A stretch of 64,000 nt of DNA from Chitinophagaceae bacterium (GCA_036676415.1 JAKFCX010000013.1:7361-71360); one strand, 5' to 3'; numbered from the stretch's first letter, positions 35,809-46,800 are shown. A program made the numbers and translations. Notes: generated by a model not told the origin, from the sequence alone.

Positions 35809-36330
35809 TTAAAGCTGCTGCATTTGTTGATTGAATTGCTGGCTTTCTCCTTTCGGAATACTTAGGCTCGGAAAGTCTTTATCCCTGATCATTTTTCCTA
35901 AGGTAACGATCTGTCCTACATGGTAAGGATAATGTGCCAACTGACGAATGATGGCATCATACACAATCAAGGGTTCGGTTCGAATATGAATGGTTTTGGT
36001 GAGGTCTTCCGGAGTAAGGCTTTTTAAAGTGTCTAATAAAACTTTCCATCCTTCATTCCAGAAGCTGAGCAGGTCTTGTTTGCTGATCTGCATTTCATTG
36101 AACTCTGCATCCCTGTTGCGCCATTCTTTTTCGCCGTCTTCAGTAAGAAAATTGGTCCACCTGCTAAGCATGTTTCCATACATGTGCTGAATGATTATTG
36201 CTATGCTATTGCTGTCTGGTGAAGGTTTGAAGAAGAAATCTTTCTCTTCCAGTTGATCAAAAGTTTTATCTCCAAGTGATTTATAATATTCAAATCGTTT
36301 GATGCAGTCTTTAAGGAAGGTTTCTTGCAT
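35809..36330 (-). CDS. DinB/DUF1572-like four-helix-bundle protein
   Basis: 173 aa. Contains NSIAIIIQHMYGNMLSRW and LAHYPYHVGQIV (His-rich DinB pattern). Confidence 0.7.
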   Translation of the reverse strand: MQETFLKDCIKRFEYYKSLGDKTFDQLEEKDFFFKPSPDSNSIAIIIQHMYGNMLSRWTNFLTEDGEKEWRNRDAEFNEMQISKQDLLSFWNEGWKVLLDTLKSLTPEDLTKTIHIRTEPLIVYDAIIRQLAHYPYHVGQIVTLGKMIRDKDFPSLSIPKGESQQFNQQMQQL

Positions 36331-36356
36331 ATAGTTTAATAACTAAATATTATTCT

Positions 36357-36953
36357 TTAAAGTGGATGTCTTTTATTCAATTCTTCGAGATACCTAAGAA
36401 AAACTGCGTTGTTGTACTTAGGCTCTTTTTCAAATTCCTTTAAAAGTGCTTTATCGCTTTTTAGTAACAGAACACCAACTGATTGTGCTGTTGCAGAAAA
36501 TGACTTTCCCTTGCCATTGATATAGATGATATTGTCTTCTATTTCTGTTCTGTCTTCAGTATCATCCCATTTAGCGCTTTTCTCAACATGAAGAGTTTGA
36601 CGGATTGTATAAGGATACCTGCCAGCAAATTGAAAAACATTAAATACAGTATCATTAAAAGCTAGATAAAGATATAAACCATCAAACAGGGCATATACAT
36701 TTTTCGGTCGCTCAGATGAATCAATGACATCATAGTTGAACCAAAATCGCATTGAGCCGTCTTCGTAATTTTTAGTTACTTGTCTTATTTTAAATGGAAC
36801 CGTTTTGGATGTAGTATTATTTACATACTCATCATATGAAGCATAGATGCCTATCTTTTGTTGCCTTGAGGAAAGGGAAGATTCTACTTGGCCAGACACA
36901 TTGTGTGAAATAAGTATTATCAGAACTAATAAAATATCTTGTACATTTCGCAT
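36357..36953 (-). CDS. hypothetical secreted protein
   Basis: 198 aa. Signal-like N-terminus MRNVQDILLVLIILISHNVSGQ. No recognised motif. Confidence 0.6.
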   Translation of the reverse strand: MRNVQDILLVLIILISHNVSGQVESSLSSRQQKIGIYASYDEYVNNTTSKTVPFKIRQVTKNYEDGSMRFWFNYDVIDSSERPKNVYALFDGLYLYLAFNDTVFNVFQFAGRYPYTIRQTLHVEKSAKWDDTEDRTEIEDNIIYINGKGKSFSATAQSVGVLLLKSDKALLKEFEKEPKYNNAVFLRYLEELNKRHPL

Positions 36954-36999
36954 ATTTAAAGTTAATGACTTGTTTTTCAGATATCAGCAGATTATCAGT

Positions 37000-37024
37000 A
37001 AAAAAATCCCGCCGAAGCGGGATT
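37000..37024 (-). terminator. intrinsic terminator after queA
   Basis: On the minus strand, AATCCCGC-TTCG-GCGGGATT is followed by T6. Confidence 0.8.
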
Positions 37025-37028
37025 CAAA

Positions 37029-38078
37029 TTAAAGTACCAATAATGCATCTCCATAACTGAAGAAGCGGTATTTATCTTTTATTGCTTTCTGATAGGCTTC
37101 CATAGCAAGATCGTAACCAGCAAAAGCACATACCATGATCAGCAGGCTTGTCTTTGGTAAATGAAAGTTTGTTACAAGGCTATCAGCGATATTAAAATTA
37201 TAAGGAGGATGAATGAAAATATTAGTCCATCCTTCGCTTGGCTTCAATAATTTTTGAGCGGTGAAGCTGCTTTCCAATCCTCTCATCGTTGTGGTACCAA
37301 TTGAACAGATACGGTTACCTCTTTGTTTTGCTTTATTTACAATATCGCAGGCTGTTTCATCGATCTTGTAATATTCGGCATCCATTTTATGTTTGCTGAG
37401 ATCTTCAACTTCAATCGGACGAAATGTTCCAAGACCTGTATGTAATGTTACTTCTGCAAAACGAACACCTTTGATCTCACAACGTTTGATCAATTCCCGG
37501 CTGAAATGCAAACCTGCAGTTGGTGCAGCAACAGCTCCTTCATGCTTTGCGTAAACTGTTTGGTAACGCTCCTTATCTTCTTCGTCGGGCTTACGCTTGA
37601 TGTATTTTGGAAGTGGTGTTTCACCCAAAAATTCCAGCATCTGCTTGAAGCTTTCATCATCACCTTCCCATAAGAAACGAATTGTTCTGCCTCGGGATGT
37701 TGTATTGTCAATTACTTCGGCAACCAGTTCATCATGTTCACCAAAATAAAGTTTGTTACCTACACGAATCTTTCTTGCGGGATCAACGATCACATCCCAC
37801 AACTTATTTGGCTTGTTTAATTCTCTTAAAAGAAATACTTCGATCTTGGCACCTGTCTTTTCTTTACGGCCATACATTCTTGCAGGGAACACTTTTGTGT
37901 TATTCACTACAAAAACGTCTTTGTCTTCATAGTAATCAAGAATGTCTCTGAAATGTTTGTTTTCGATTTCGCCGCTATGACGATGAACAACCATCATTCT
38001 TGCATCTTCACGTCTTTTCGTAGGATGTTGGGCAATAAGGTTAAGGGGAAGGTCGAACTTAAACTGTGATAACTTCAT
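37029..38078 (-). CDS. queA: S-adenosylmethionine:tRNA ribosyltransferase-isomerase
   Basis: 349 aa from the ATG at 38078 ([19 protein letters not shown]...). Contains [15 protein letters not shown] and the C-terminus FFSYGDA.L. Confidence 0.9.
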   Translation of the reverse strand: MKLSQFKFDLPLNLIAQHPTKRREDARMMVVHRHSGEIENKHFRDILDYYEDKDVFVVNNTKVFPARMYGRKEKTGAKIEVFLLRELNKPNKLWDVIVDPARKIRVGNKLYFGEHDELVAEVIDNTTSRGRTIRFLWEGDDESFKQMLEFLGETPLPKYIKRKPDEEDKERYQTVYAKHEGAVAAPTAGLHFSRELIKRCEIKGVRFAEVTLHTGLGTFRPIEVEDLSKHKMDAEYYKIDETACDIVNKAKQRGNRICSIGTTTMRGLESSFTAQKLLKPSEGWTNIFIHPPYNFNIADSLVTNFHLPKTSLLIMVCAFAGYDLAMEAYQKAIKDKYRFFSYGDALLVL

Positions 38079-38318
38079 GTGTCTATTAAATTTAAAAATA
38101 GGCCACATGCATTTCGCCGCCGTCTTACGGGACAGCTAGTGACATGTTTCGGCATGATTGAAAGCTGGCAAAGGTAAGGTTTGAGATGCATTTTCCACGG
38201 GAAAATTTAAGATCCATGTTATCGAATTCCAAAGATTTGTTATGTGATCCTTCAAAAGCTGATTTATTTTATGGAATCAGCAGTTTTGTTGATCTTCAAG
38301 CCAGATTAATATTTGAGA

Positions 38319-41300
38319 ATGAGACGAACTTTCCTGAAGGGTTTTTGTACGATTTTATCCCTCTTTTTTGTTTTCAGCCTTGCAGCCCAAACAACCAAAA
38401 AAACACCGAAATACAATAGTCTTTTCTGGGAAATAACGGGTAACGGGTTGAAAAAACCGTCCTACTTATTTGGAACCATGCATGTGAGCAGCAAGATGGT
38501 GTTTCACCTGAGCGATTCATTTTATCATGCCATCGGTAATTCCGATATGGTTGCCCTTGAACTAAATCCGCAAACCTGGCAACCCGAAATGTTCAGGATG
38601 CAGGAAGCCGAACAAGCACTTGGAAGCTATTTTAAAGAGGCTAAAACAAGTTATCTGAACGAAAAATCCTTCACCCTTCAACGATATGAAGAGAATCTCA
38701 GGATGGCCTTAAGTGAAGAACCTACGATCATTAATGGATTATTGTACAGGAATTTTCAGCAGCAGGCAGATTTTGAAGAGAATACCTACCTGGATCTGTA
38801 TATCTACCAAACCGGTAGAAAGCTTGGTAAGAAAGCAGGTGGTGTGGAAGATTACTGGGAAACACAGAAGGTGATCATGCAGGGCTACCAGGATATGGCC
38901 ATTGAAAGAGCAAAGAAGAAAAAAAGTGGGTATGGATACAATTACGATGGAGAGGATGATGTATACGAGATTCAAAAGAAGTTGCAGGATGCTTACCGAA
39001 AAGGAGATCTTGATCTTTTAGATTCACTGGAGAAGAAAATGGAAGTGTCAGCAGCTTTCAACGAAAAATTTCTTTACGAAAGGAACGACATCCAGGCAAA
39101 TTCAATTGATTCTATCCTCAAAAAAAATTCATTGTTTGTTGGTGTAGGTGCTGCCCATTTACCTGGAGACAGGGGTGTGATTGAATTGTTGCGTAAGAAA
39201 GGATACAGGCTCAGGCCCATTTTTATGCAGAACAGGGACGCAGTACAAAAAGACAAAATAGATAAGTTAAGAGTGCCGGTGAAATTCAGCCAGGTTAAAA
39301 CGCCGGATGATTTTGTAAAAATGATGTTGCCAGGTCCTTTGTTTAAAAGGGGAGGATTAAGTGCCAATCAAAGCTGGCAATATGCAGACATGGAGAATGG
39401 TTCGTATTACATGTTAACAAGAGTGGCCACTCATGCGGCAATATTAGGAGAAGATGAAAAAGTGGTGATGAAGAAAGTAGATAGCCTTTTGTATGAAAAT
39501 ATTCCAGGCAAAATTCTGGTAAAAAAAGAGATTGAAAGGAATGGATACAAAGGTTATGACATCACCAATAAAACACGAAGAGGAGATATTCAACGCTACA
39601 ACATCTTTGTTACACCATTTGAAGTATTGGTGTTTAAAATGAGTGGTAATGATGATTATGTACAAGGTAAAGAAGCTTCCGAATTTTTCTCATCAATCAT
39701 CCTCAAAGAAACTTTACCAAAAGTTCAGCGATTTGAACCTGTTTCAGGTGGATTTTCAGTGGATCTTCCGCATGAACCTTTTGCTTCACTCAAAAAAACA
39801 CCTGAAGACCTGCTTGATACCTGGCAATATGAAACAATAGATAAGAGCACAGGTCAAGCTATAATGATATGGAAGAAAACGATCAACAGTTTTGGGTTTA
39901 TTGAAGAAGACACTTTTGATCTTTCATTGATGGAGGAAAGTTTTAAAGCCTCCGAGTTTATTGATAAACAAATGAGCCGCAGTTTTGTTAATCTGGATGG
40001 CTACCCGGCTTTGAATATGGAATTCCTGCTAAAAGATGGAGGCACATTAATGGCAAAAGCTGTTATTAAGGGGCCTCATTATTATTTAATGGCAAGTTCA
40101 GCAAAGAAGAATGCCGGTAAAGGAGATTTGTTACCGGGTTTTGCTTTGAAGGATTTCAGGAATGAACCTTTAAGAAATTTTACCGATAGTTTTTATCACT
40201 TCACCATTAATACTGCTTATCAGCCAGAGCTTAATCCTGATTTAAGAAAAATGTATGAAGCTGCTTCCAGTGAAGATTTTCTGAACCAGACCGAGTACTA
40301 CAGTTATGGTAAGAAAGACCGGCATGCTACTTTTTATAACGATACTACAGGAGAAATGGTGGTGATGAGTGTTACTAAGTTTCCTAAATATTATTATTCA
40401 AAAGACACTGCAAGATTTTTCAAGAATGAGTACAATACCGAAAAGTTTGAGAAGGATATGGTGCTTGCATCAAAAGAAACCTTGCGACCGTCATCCAACA
40501 GCTTTGGCTATAAATATACCTTTACCGACACCAACTCTTCAAGAAAACTAATTTACGTCGGCATCTTACAGAATAACCGTTTATTTGATATTGCTGCTGT
40601 TTCAGATACACTCAATAAGTCGAATGATCTTGTATCGCAATTCATCCACAGTTTTACACCTGAAGTAAAAGATACAATTTCACTTTTCAGATCCAAGCTC
40701 GATCAGTTCTTTACAGATCTAAACAGTAAAGACAGTTTAACTCGCCAAAGATCAATGGACGCTGCATCTCAATTATATTTTGGCTCAACATCTATTCCAA
40801 AGCTAAAATCTGTAATTGATAGTTTAAAATGGGGCGATAAAGATTATTTCCAGTTGAAAGCTAAGTTCATTAATGAGCTGGGATACATTGACGATTCATG
40901 TTGCGTTAAAGAAGTTACAGGCTACCTGAATGATCTTTATATAAGAACCGCAGATACTGCTCATTTTCAAAATGCGGTTTTAATGTCTCTTGCAAGGTTG
41001 AAAACAAAGGAATCATTCTCTTCTCTCAAAGAGCACCTGTTACAGGATCCTCCAATCTTTGATAACGATAACGACCTGGGCAGAATGTTTGGTTACCTGG
41101 AAGACACACTACAATTAGCAAAGAATTTCTTTCCCGGCATTTTGCAATTAATGTCCATACAGGATTACAAGTATGATGTGACGTCTCTTTTACGGTCATT
41201 GGTTGACAGCGGATATTTAAAGGCTTCGGATTACGAAAGCTATTTCAGTAGTCTTTATTTTGATGCAAAAATTGAGTTGAAGCGGCAACAAAGTGCCGAT

Positions 41301-42023
41301 GTAAAACAGGCAGAGAAAGAAAACAGGAAAGAACAGGAAGGTGATGAAGATGCAGACCGTACTTACAGGTCTGGTGTATCTGATGTAGATAACTATGCTG
41401 TATTGTTGATGCCGTTTTACCAGAAGAACACGACCATTCAGAAATTTTTCGAAAAGCTTCTGCAATCAAAAGATCTGAACGTTAGAATGAATACAGCTGT
41501 GCTGATGCTTCGAAATAATCTGAGGCTTCATGATAGTATTTTATTATCTGTTGCGGAAAAAGATCAGTACAGGGCTTCATTATTACGTTTGCTGGAGGAA
41601 GCAGATAAAGAAAATCATTTCCCTGCACTCTACAGAAAGCAGGAAGACCTTGCCAGATCGCTGTTACTGGAAGACAGGGAGTATGAAAAATTCTTTGATG
41701 TACAGATGGTTGGTAAAAAGCAAGTGAAGGTAAAAAACAGGAGCGGCTATGTTTACTTCTTTACATACAAATTGAAAAGAGAGGACGATTGGAAAATTGG
41801 TATCAGTGGCATTCAACCACACGATTCAACACAGATCAGCAGTGATAATACGCTGGTGAATATGACAGATAAAAAAATTAATGCAGAAGATCCACAATCA
41901 GAGCAGTTTGAAAAGCAATTAAAGCGATTGATCTATTCTTTGAGAAGAAGCAGTACATACTTTTATAGAGATAACAGTTACGGCGGCTATAATCCTACTA
42001 CCGTTCATGATGAGGAAGATTAA
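38319..42023 (+). CDS. very large TraB/GumN-family protein with a long C-terminal extension
   Basis: 1234 aa from the ATG at 38319. Signal peptide, then [22 protein letters not shown] and GVGAAHLPG (TraB/GumN hallmarks). About 900 further residues have no motif I recognise. Confidence 0.8.
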   Translation: MRRTFLKGFCTILSLFFVFSLAAQTTKKTPKYNSLFWEITGNGLKKPSYLFGTMHVSSKMVFHLSDSFYHAIGNSDMVALELNPQTWQPEMFRMQEAEQALGSYFKEAKTSYLNEKSFTLQRYEENLRMALSEEPTIINGLLYRNFQQQADFEENTYLDLYIYQTGRKLGKKAGGVEDYWETQKVIMQGYQDMAIERAKKKKSGYGYNYDGEDDVYEIQKKLQDAYRKGDLDLLDSLEKKMEVSAAFNEKFLYERNDIQANSIDSILKKNSLFVGVGAAHLPGDRGVIELLRKKGYRLRPIFMQNRDAVQKDKIDKLRVPVKFSQVKTPDDFVKMMLPGPLFKRGGLSANQSWQYADMENGSYYMLTRVATHAAILGEDEKVVMKKVDSLLYENIPGKILVKKEIERNGYKGYDITNKTRRGDIQRYNIFVTPFEVLVFKMSGNDDYVQGKEASEFFSSIILKETLPKVQRFEPVSGGFSVDLPHEPFASLKKTPEDLLDTWQYETIDKSTGQAIMIWKKTINSFGFIEEDTFDLSLMEESFKASEFIDKQMSRSFVNLDGYPALNMEFLLKDGGTLMAKAVIKGPHYYLMASSAKKNAGKGDLLPGFALKDFRNEPLRNFTDSFYHFTINTAYQPELNPDLRKMYEAASSEDFLNQTEYYSYGKKDRHATFYNDTTGEMVVMSVTKFPKYYYSKDTARFFKNEYNTEKFEKDMVLASKETLRPSSNSFGYKYTFTDTNSSRKLIYVGILQNNRLFDIAAVSDTLNKSNDLVSQFIHSFTPEVKDTISLFRSKLDQFFTDLNSKDSLTRQRSMDAASQLYFGSTSIPKLKSVIDSLKWGDKDYFQLKAKFINELGYIDDSCCVKEVTGYLNDLYIRTADTAHFQNAVLMSLARLKTKESFSSLKEHLLQDPPIFDNDNDLGRMFGYLEDTLQLAKNFFPGILQLMSIQDYKYDVTSLLRSLVDSGYLKASDYESYFSSLYFDAKIELKRQQSADVKQAEKENRKEQEGDEDADRTYRSGVSDVDNYAVLLMPFYQKNTTIQKFFEKLLQSKDLNVRMNTAVLMLRNNLRLHDSILLSVAEKDQYRASLLRLLEEADKENHFPALYRKQEDLARSLLLEDREYEKFFDVQMVGKKQVKVKNRSGYVYFFTYKLKREDDWKIGISGIQPHDSTQISSDNTLVNMTDKKINAEDPQSEQFEKQLKRLIYSLRRSSTYFYRDNSYGGYNPTTVHDEED

Positions 42024-43740
42024 CACCAGGCATTTTAGGAATAGCGGATAATAATTTTTTTGTATAAGGAGATCGGGAATGCTGGTACACTTGTTCAGCA
42101 GCACCGATCTCTTCTATTTTACCTTTGTTCATGACGATGATCCTGTCGCTGAAATAACGAATTACAGACAGGTCATGTGAGATGAACAGGAGTGTGAGGC
42201 CGAATTCCTTCTTCAAATCATTCAAAAGATTCAGCACCTGAGCCTGTACACTTACGTCTAAAGCGGAAACACTTTCATCACAAACAATAAATGAAGGCTG
42301 TAATGCTAATGCCCTTGCTATTACAATTCTTTGTCGCTGTCCACCACTGAATTCATGTGGATAGCGATCATAATGTTCAGGTTGCAGTCCAACTTTTTGC
42401 AGTAACTCAATTACTTTTTTCTTTCTTTCAGATTTTGTTGAATATATCTGATGCACTTTCATCGGCTCAATAATAGCACTGCCGATTGTTTTCCTGGGAT
42501 TCAATGATGAGTATGGATCCTGGAAAATGATCTGCATTTTTTTTCTTAAAGCAATAAGCTTTGCGGCATCAGCTTTGGCTAAATCTTCTCCTTTGTAAAT
42601 GATCTTTCCTTCAGTAGGTTCAGTCAATCTTAGAATGGCTCTTCCTAAAGTTGATTTACCACAACCTGATTCTCCTACTAATCCCAATGTCTCTCCTTCA
42701 TAAATATCAAAGCTTACATCGTCAACGGCTTTTGTATAACTCAATACTTTTCCCAGGAAAGTTTTTTTAGAAGGAAAATAGACTTTCAAAGATTCAACAG
42801 TCAAGAGAATATTTGTAGAAATTAACCTGGCCTCTTCCGGTTTTGACTTTTGACTTTTAACTGTTGACTTCTCAGTAATTTCTCCACTATCATCAACCTC
42901 CATAAAATCACTCACAACTGGTAAACGTTCACCTTTGGTATGTAAAGCAGGTCTGCAAGCCAGTAATGCTTTTGTATATGGATGTTGCGGATTACTAAAA
43001 ACCTGCTCTTTTGTATTCTGTTCAACGATCTTTCCCTTGTACATTACAACTATCCTGTCTGCAATTTCTCCAACTACCCCGAGATCGTGTGTTATAAAGA
43101 TCACACCCATTTCATTTTGTACCTGCAGTTCTTTTATCAGTTGCAATATGTTTTTCTGAACCGTAACATCCAGTGCAGTTGTTGGCTCATCACAAATAAG
43201 TAACGCAGGATCACAACTCATGGCCATAGCTATCATCACTCTTTGTTTTTGACCGCCACTCAGTTGATGAGGATAACTATTGTACATTCTTTCAGGATCA
43301 TGAAGCTGTACTTTTTCAAACAGCTTCATGGTTCTTGACTTAGCTTCGGTAGATGTTATTTTTTTATGGATTAGAATGGCTTCTGTAACCTGGTTGCCGC
43401 AGCTCATTACCGGATTGAGTGAGGTCATTGGTTCCTGGAAGATCATGGCAATTTCATTTCCTCTGATCTGCTGTAATTGTTTTTGATCGGTTTTAAGAAT
43501 ATTCACCGAACGATCATTAATCGTTGCAATGATCTCACCTGATTTGTATAAAACAGGAGGAGAGAGAATGAGTTGTAAAACGGATAATGAAGTAACAGAT
43601 TTTCCTGAACCAGATTCACCTACAATAGCAACGATCTCTCCTTTGTTTACCTCAATTGAAATATTTTCAAGGGCTGTCGTTCGTCCGAGATCTGATGTAA
43701 AATCTACGCTGAGGTTTTCTATTTTAAGTAAAGAAGACAT
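41998..43740 (-). CDS. fused double ABC ATPase (oligopeptide/YejF-type), no adjacent permease
   Basis: 580 aa. Two Walker A motifs ([16 protein letters not shown]), two signatures ([16 protein letters not shown]) and two oligopeptide-type C-terminal extensions (HPYT, SPYT). Confidence 0.9.
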   Translation of the reverse strand: MSSLLKIENLSVDFTSDLGRTTALENISIEVNKGEIVAIVGESGSGKSVTSLSVLQLILSPPVLYKSGEIIATINDRSVNILKTDQKQLQQIRGNEIAMIFQEPMTSLNPVMSCGNQVTEAILIHKKITSTEAKSRTMKLFEKVQLHDPERMYNSYPHQLSGGQKQRVMIAMAMSCDPALLICDEPTTALDVTVQKNILQLIKELQVQNEMGVIFITHDLGVVGEIADRIVVMYKGKIVEQNTKEQVFSNPQHPYTKALLACRPALHTKGERLPVVSDFMEVDDSGEITEKSTVKSQKSKPEEARLISTNILLTVESLKVYFPSKKTFLGKVLSYTKAVDDVSFDIYEGETLGLVGESGCGKSTLGRAILRLTEPTEGKIIYKGEDLAKADAAKLIALRKKMQIIFQDPYSSLNPRKTIGSAIIEPMKVHQIYSTKSERKKKVIELLQKVGLQPEHYDRYPHEFSGGQRQRIVIARALALQPSFIVCDESVSALDVSVQAQVLNLLNDLKKEFGLTLLFISHDLSVIRYFSDRIIVMNKGKIEEIGAAEQVYQHSRSPYTKKLLSAIPKMPGVNLPHHER

Positions 43741-43779
43741 AAAGTCAATAAGTCAATTGTCATTGATGTGGCTTACCGG

Positions 43780-43807
43780 TTGACTAATGACCTGCTGACT
43801 CAATGAC
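43780..43807 (+). repeat. Family E repeat TTGACTAATGAC-CTG-CTGACTCAATGAC
   Basis: Matches 19015-19043 apart from one indel and the 3-nt spacer. Confidence 0.65.
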
Positions 43808-43816
43808 AAACACCTG

Positions 43817-43832
43817 AAGTGTGCGACGCAAC
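43817..43832 (+). repeat. Family A element, 5'-truncated (AAGTGTGCGACGCAAC)
   Basis: Shares GTGCGACGCAA with the consensus. Lies 9 nt after family E copy 2. Confidence 0.6.
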
Positions 43833-43869
43833 GGAAGTTAAACAGAATTCTTTAGCTGGCTCAATAAAA

Positions 43870-44640
43870 TTAAAACCTCAGGTGTCTTACAGTAAGACCA
43901 TTATTAATGAGCTGCTTTAGCGAATCGATGCCGATCTTCAGATGATTCTCAACAAAAGTGGCTGTAACTTTTTTATCGCTTTCTTCCGTTTTTACACCTT
44001 CAGGTATCATTGGAGAATCGCTGACCAACAACAATGCTCCGGTTGGAATTTTATTATAAAATCCTACGGTGAAGATGGTGGCTGTTTCCATGTCAATCGC
44101 ATAAGCTCTTATTCTTTGCAGATATTCTTTAAACTCAACATCATGTTCCCAAACCCTCCTGTTGGTAGTGTAAACAGTGCCTGTCCAGTAATCAACACCG
44201 GAGTCACGGATTGTTGTTGAGATCGCTTTTTGCAGAGCGAATGCAGGCATTGCGGGAACTTCTGCAGGGAAATAATCGTTCGATGTACCTTCACCTCTTA
44301 TTGCTGCAATTGGAAGTATGAGATCGCCGATCTTATTTCTTTTCTTTAATCCACCACATTTACCAAGAAATAATGCAGCTTCGGGATCGATGGCTGAAAG
44401 CAGATCCATGACCGTTGCTGCAGTAGGACTACCCATTCCAAAGTTGATGATGCTGATGTTATCTGCCGTAGCACATTGAAATGGCCTGTCCAAACCAATG
44501 ATCGGCACATTGTTCCATTCAGCAAACATTTTTACATAATTGCTGAAGTTGGTGAGCAGGATATACTTGCCAAAATTTTCCAGTTTTTCACCTGTATATC
44601 GAGGGAGCCAGTTGTTTACGATGTCTTCTTTCGTTTTCAT
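43870..44640 (-). CDS. AMP nucleosidase (short, catalytic-domain-only form)
   Basis: 256 aa. N-terminus NNWLPRYTG. PNP/UDP-phosphorylase fold motifs GMGSPTAA and DMETATIF. Confidence 0.8.
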   Translation of the reverse strand: MKTKEDIVNNWLPRYTGEKLENFGKYILLTNFSNYVKMFAEWNNVPIIGLDRPFQCATADNISIINFGMGSPTAATVMDLLSAIDPEAALFLGKCGGLKKRNKIGDLILPIAAIRGEGTSNDYFPAEVPAMPAFALQKAISTTIRDSGVDYWTGTVYTTNRRVWEHDVEFKEYLQRIRAYAIDMETATIFTVGFYNKIPTGALLLVSDSPMIPEGVKTEESDKKVTATFVENHLKIGIDSLKQLINNGLTVRHLRF

Positions 44641-44682
44641 ATGCTAATTTTTCAAAGGGGTCTTCCGAAAAAATAAATTCTG

Positions 44683-44690
44683 CAAATATA
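44683..44690 (-). promoter_or_regulatory. -7 box TATATTTG upstream of the AMP nucleosidase gene
   Basis: Reverse complement of CAAATATA, 42 nt before the ATG at 44640. Confidence 0.4.
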
Positions 44691-44731
44691 AAGAATCGAG
44701 GGCTGACAACCTTCCAAAGGTTGGCATCCCT

Positions 44732-44739
44732 TACATTTG
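44732..44739 (+). promoter_or_regulatory. -7 box TACATTTG, 4 nt upstream of the HsdR_N-like gene ATG
   Basis: TAnnTTTG match. The ATG is at 44744. Confidence 0.45.
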
Positions 44740-44743
44740 AATC

Positions 44744-45178
44744 ATGTTGAAGATAGCCTATCCTGAACAGAATTTTAAAATGAAAGAAGAAGATAACAAG
44801 GAAATGATCTTCGATGAATTCAGGAAACTCTGGGTTCGGTTGACTCCTGAAGAATGGGTGCGACAAAATTTCTTACAATACCTATTACAGGTTAAAAATT
44901 ATCCAGCTTCATTGATTGCGGTAGAAACAGAGATAAAGCTCAATGATCTGAGGAAACGTTGCGATATCATCGTTTATAAAGAAAGTAAACCATGGATGAT
45001 CGTTGAATGCAAAGAGATGAATGAACCACTTAACGAATCTGTTTTGCAACAGGTGTTACGATACAATATTTCTATTCCATCTGTTTACATCGTTATCACT
45101 AACGGAAGTTATACGAATGCATGGTTGCTGAATGAAGGGAAAGCTGAACAACTCAACGAACTTCCTTTATGGCAATAA
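44744..45178 (+). CDS. stand-alone type I restriction enzyme HsdR N-terminal-like (PD-(D/E)xK) domain protein
   Basis: 144 aa. Contains LTPEEWVRQNFLQYL and CDIIVY...WMIVECK (a D...E.K nuclease-like motif). Confidence 0.75.
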   Translation: MLKIAYPEQNFKMKEEDNKEMIFDEFRKLWVRLTPEEWVRQNFLQYLLQVKNYPASLIAVETEIKLNDLRKRCDIIVYKESKPWMIVECKEMNEPLNESVLQQVLRYNISIPSVYIVITNGSYTNAWLLNEGKAEQLNELPLWQ

Positions 45179-45209
45179 AAAAGTCCTGCGAAAAATGCAG
45201 GACTTTTTT
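45177..45209. terminator. bidirectional terminator between convergent genes
   Basis: A-run, then GTCCTGC-GAAAAAT-GCAGGAC, then T6. Confidence 0.8.
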
Positions 45210-45226
45210 ATGGTCTATCGTCTTTA

Positions 45227-46645
45227 CTATGGAAATATTCCCAACTCCGCATAACTCGTTCCTACTTTATTGATCGCAACAACATAAGCTGCTGTTCTCA
45301 TGTCAGGAATGTCAGGGTTGTTCTTCCATAATTCCATGATCTCTCTTGTTGCAGTGATCATTGATTCTTCCAAACCACTGTACACAAGATCAACTTCATC
45401 GGGGCCATGTTCAATAAATGCTCTTTCCTTATCGCTAACCGTTTTACCTGTCATTTCTTCCATCTGGCCAAGAATGTGTTTGTTCATGTTCTCTGTAAAA
45501 CGTTTTTCCATTCTACCATAACGAACGTGGCTAAGGTTTTTTAACCACTCAAAATATGAAACAGTAACACCACCAGCATTCAAATACATATCAGGCACTA
45601 CCAATGTTCCTTTTTTTGCAAACACTTCATCTGCTTCAGGCGTTAAAGGTCCGTTGGCAGCTTCACCAATGATCTTGGCTTTTACTCTTGGTGCATTCTC
45701 TCCATTGATCACATTCTCAAGCGCTGCGGGAATTAATATGTCGCAATCCAATTCTAACGCATCACTGTTTTTTGCCAGTGTTGTAGAACCTGGAAAACCA
45801 ACTATAGAACCGGTTGATTTTCTAAACTGGAACAATTCTTCTTCGTTGATGCCTTCTTCGTTTACAATTGCACCTTCGTATTCTGCGATAGCGATCACTT
45901 TAGCTCCAGCTTCACGGAAGAACTTAGCCGTGTGATAACCTACATTACCCAAACCTTGTACGATCACTCGTTTTCCGCTAATGCCTGTTGACATTCCAAG
46001 TTTATCCATTACATCTTTCATCTCGCATACTTCACGTATACCGTAAAATACACCAAGACCGGTAGCTTCTGTTCTACCTCTTACACCACCTTGGGAAACA
46101 GGCTTACCAGTAACACAACCAGCAGCATCAATTTCTCCTGGTTTCAATGAAGCGTAAGTATCAACGATCCATGCCATTTCTCTTGCACCAGTTCCGTAAT
46201 CAGGAGCAGGAACATCAATACCAGGACCAATGAAATTTTTCTTTACCAACTCTGCAGTATAACGGCGAGTGATCTTTTCTAATTCGTAAACGCTGTAATT
46301 CTTCGGATTGATCTTGATCCCACCTTTACCACCACCAAACGGAACGTTTACGATAGCACATTTGTAGGTCATCAAGGCTGCAAGTGCCATTACTTCATCC
46401 TGGTTCACTTCATCACTAAAACGGATACCACCTTTACATGGAGTTTTATGCTGACTATGTTGTACACGATATGCTTCAATTACTTCAATTCGTCCATCGT
46501 TCATCTTTACCGGGAAACGCATCTGGTACACAGCATTACATGCTTTGATCTGCTCTAAGATTCCCGGATCCCACTTCGTAAATTTCGATGCCTTGTCAAA
46601 GCTTCTTGTAACACTCTCGAAGAAGCTATAATGTTGGTCAGCCAT
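45227..46645 (-). CDS. Glu/Leu/Phe/Val-family (glutamate) dehydrogenase
   Basis: 472 aa from the ATG at 46645 (MADQHYSFF...). Contains KGGIRF, PFGGGKGGI and GLGNVG (Rossmann). Confidence 0.9.
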   Translation of the reverse strand: MADQHYSFFESVTRSFDKASKFTKWDPGILEQIKACNAVYQMRFPVKMNDGRIEVIEAYRVQHSQHKTPCKGGIRFSDEVNQDEVMALAALMTYKCAIVNVPFGGGKGGIKINPKNYSVYELEKITRRYTAELVKKNFIGPGIDVPAPDYGTGAREMAWIVDTYASLKPGEIDAAGCVTGKPVSQGGVRGRTEATGLGVFYGIREVCEMKDVMDKLGMSTGISGKRVIVQGLGNVGYHTAKFFREAGAKVIAIAEYEGAIVNEEGINEEELFQFRKSTGSIVGFPGSTTLAKNSDALELDCDILIPAALENVINGENAPRVKAKIIGEAANGPLTPEADEVFAKKGTLVVPDMYLNAGGVTVSYFEWLKNLSHVRYGRMEKRFTENMNKHILGQMEEMTGKTVSDKERAFIEHGPDEVDLVYSGLEESMITATREIMELWKNNPDIPDMRTAAYVVAINKVGTSYAELGIFP

Positions 46646-46705
46646 AGCTATTTTTTTAGGTTTGTTATTTATTGTTAGCAATCATTCGTAATTCTATCAT
46701 CGTCC

Positions 46706-46765
46706 CTTGTGTCACTCACTTGTACTTTTTCATCTTTATTCTTCAGTACAAGAGTGCGACGCAAG
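46706..46765. repeat. Family A inverted pair (hairpin) downstream of ccmD
   Basis: CTTGTGTCACTCACTTGTAC (46706-46725), a 20-nt loop, then GTACAAGAGTGCGACGCAAG (46746-46765). 16 of the 20 positions are Watson-Crick pairs. Confidence 0.85.
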
Positions 46766-46800
46766 TAAAGCTTAATCACCGTTTCGAAAGCTGATCTACA

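Noticed and set aside
38079-38318. Possible riboswitch or ncRNA (for example preQ1) in the 240-nt spacer upstream of queA
   Set aside because: I saw only short local hairpins (GCTGATT...AATCAGC, CCGT..ACGG) and no recognisable conserved riboswitch core. The evidence is insufficient to call anything.
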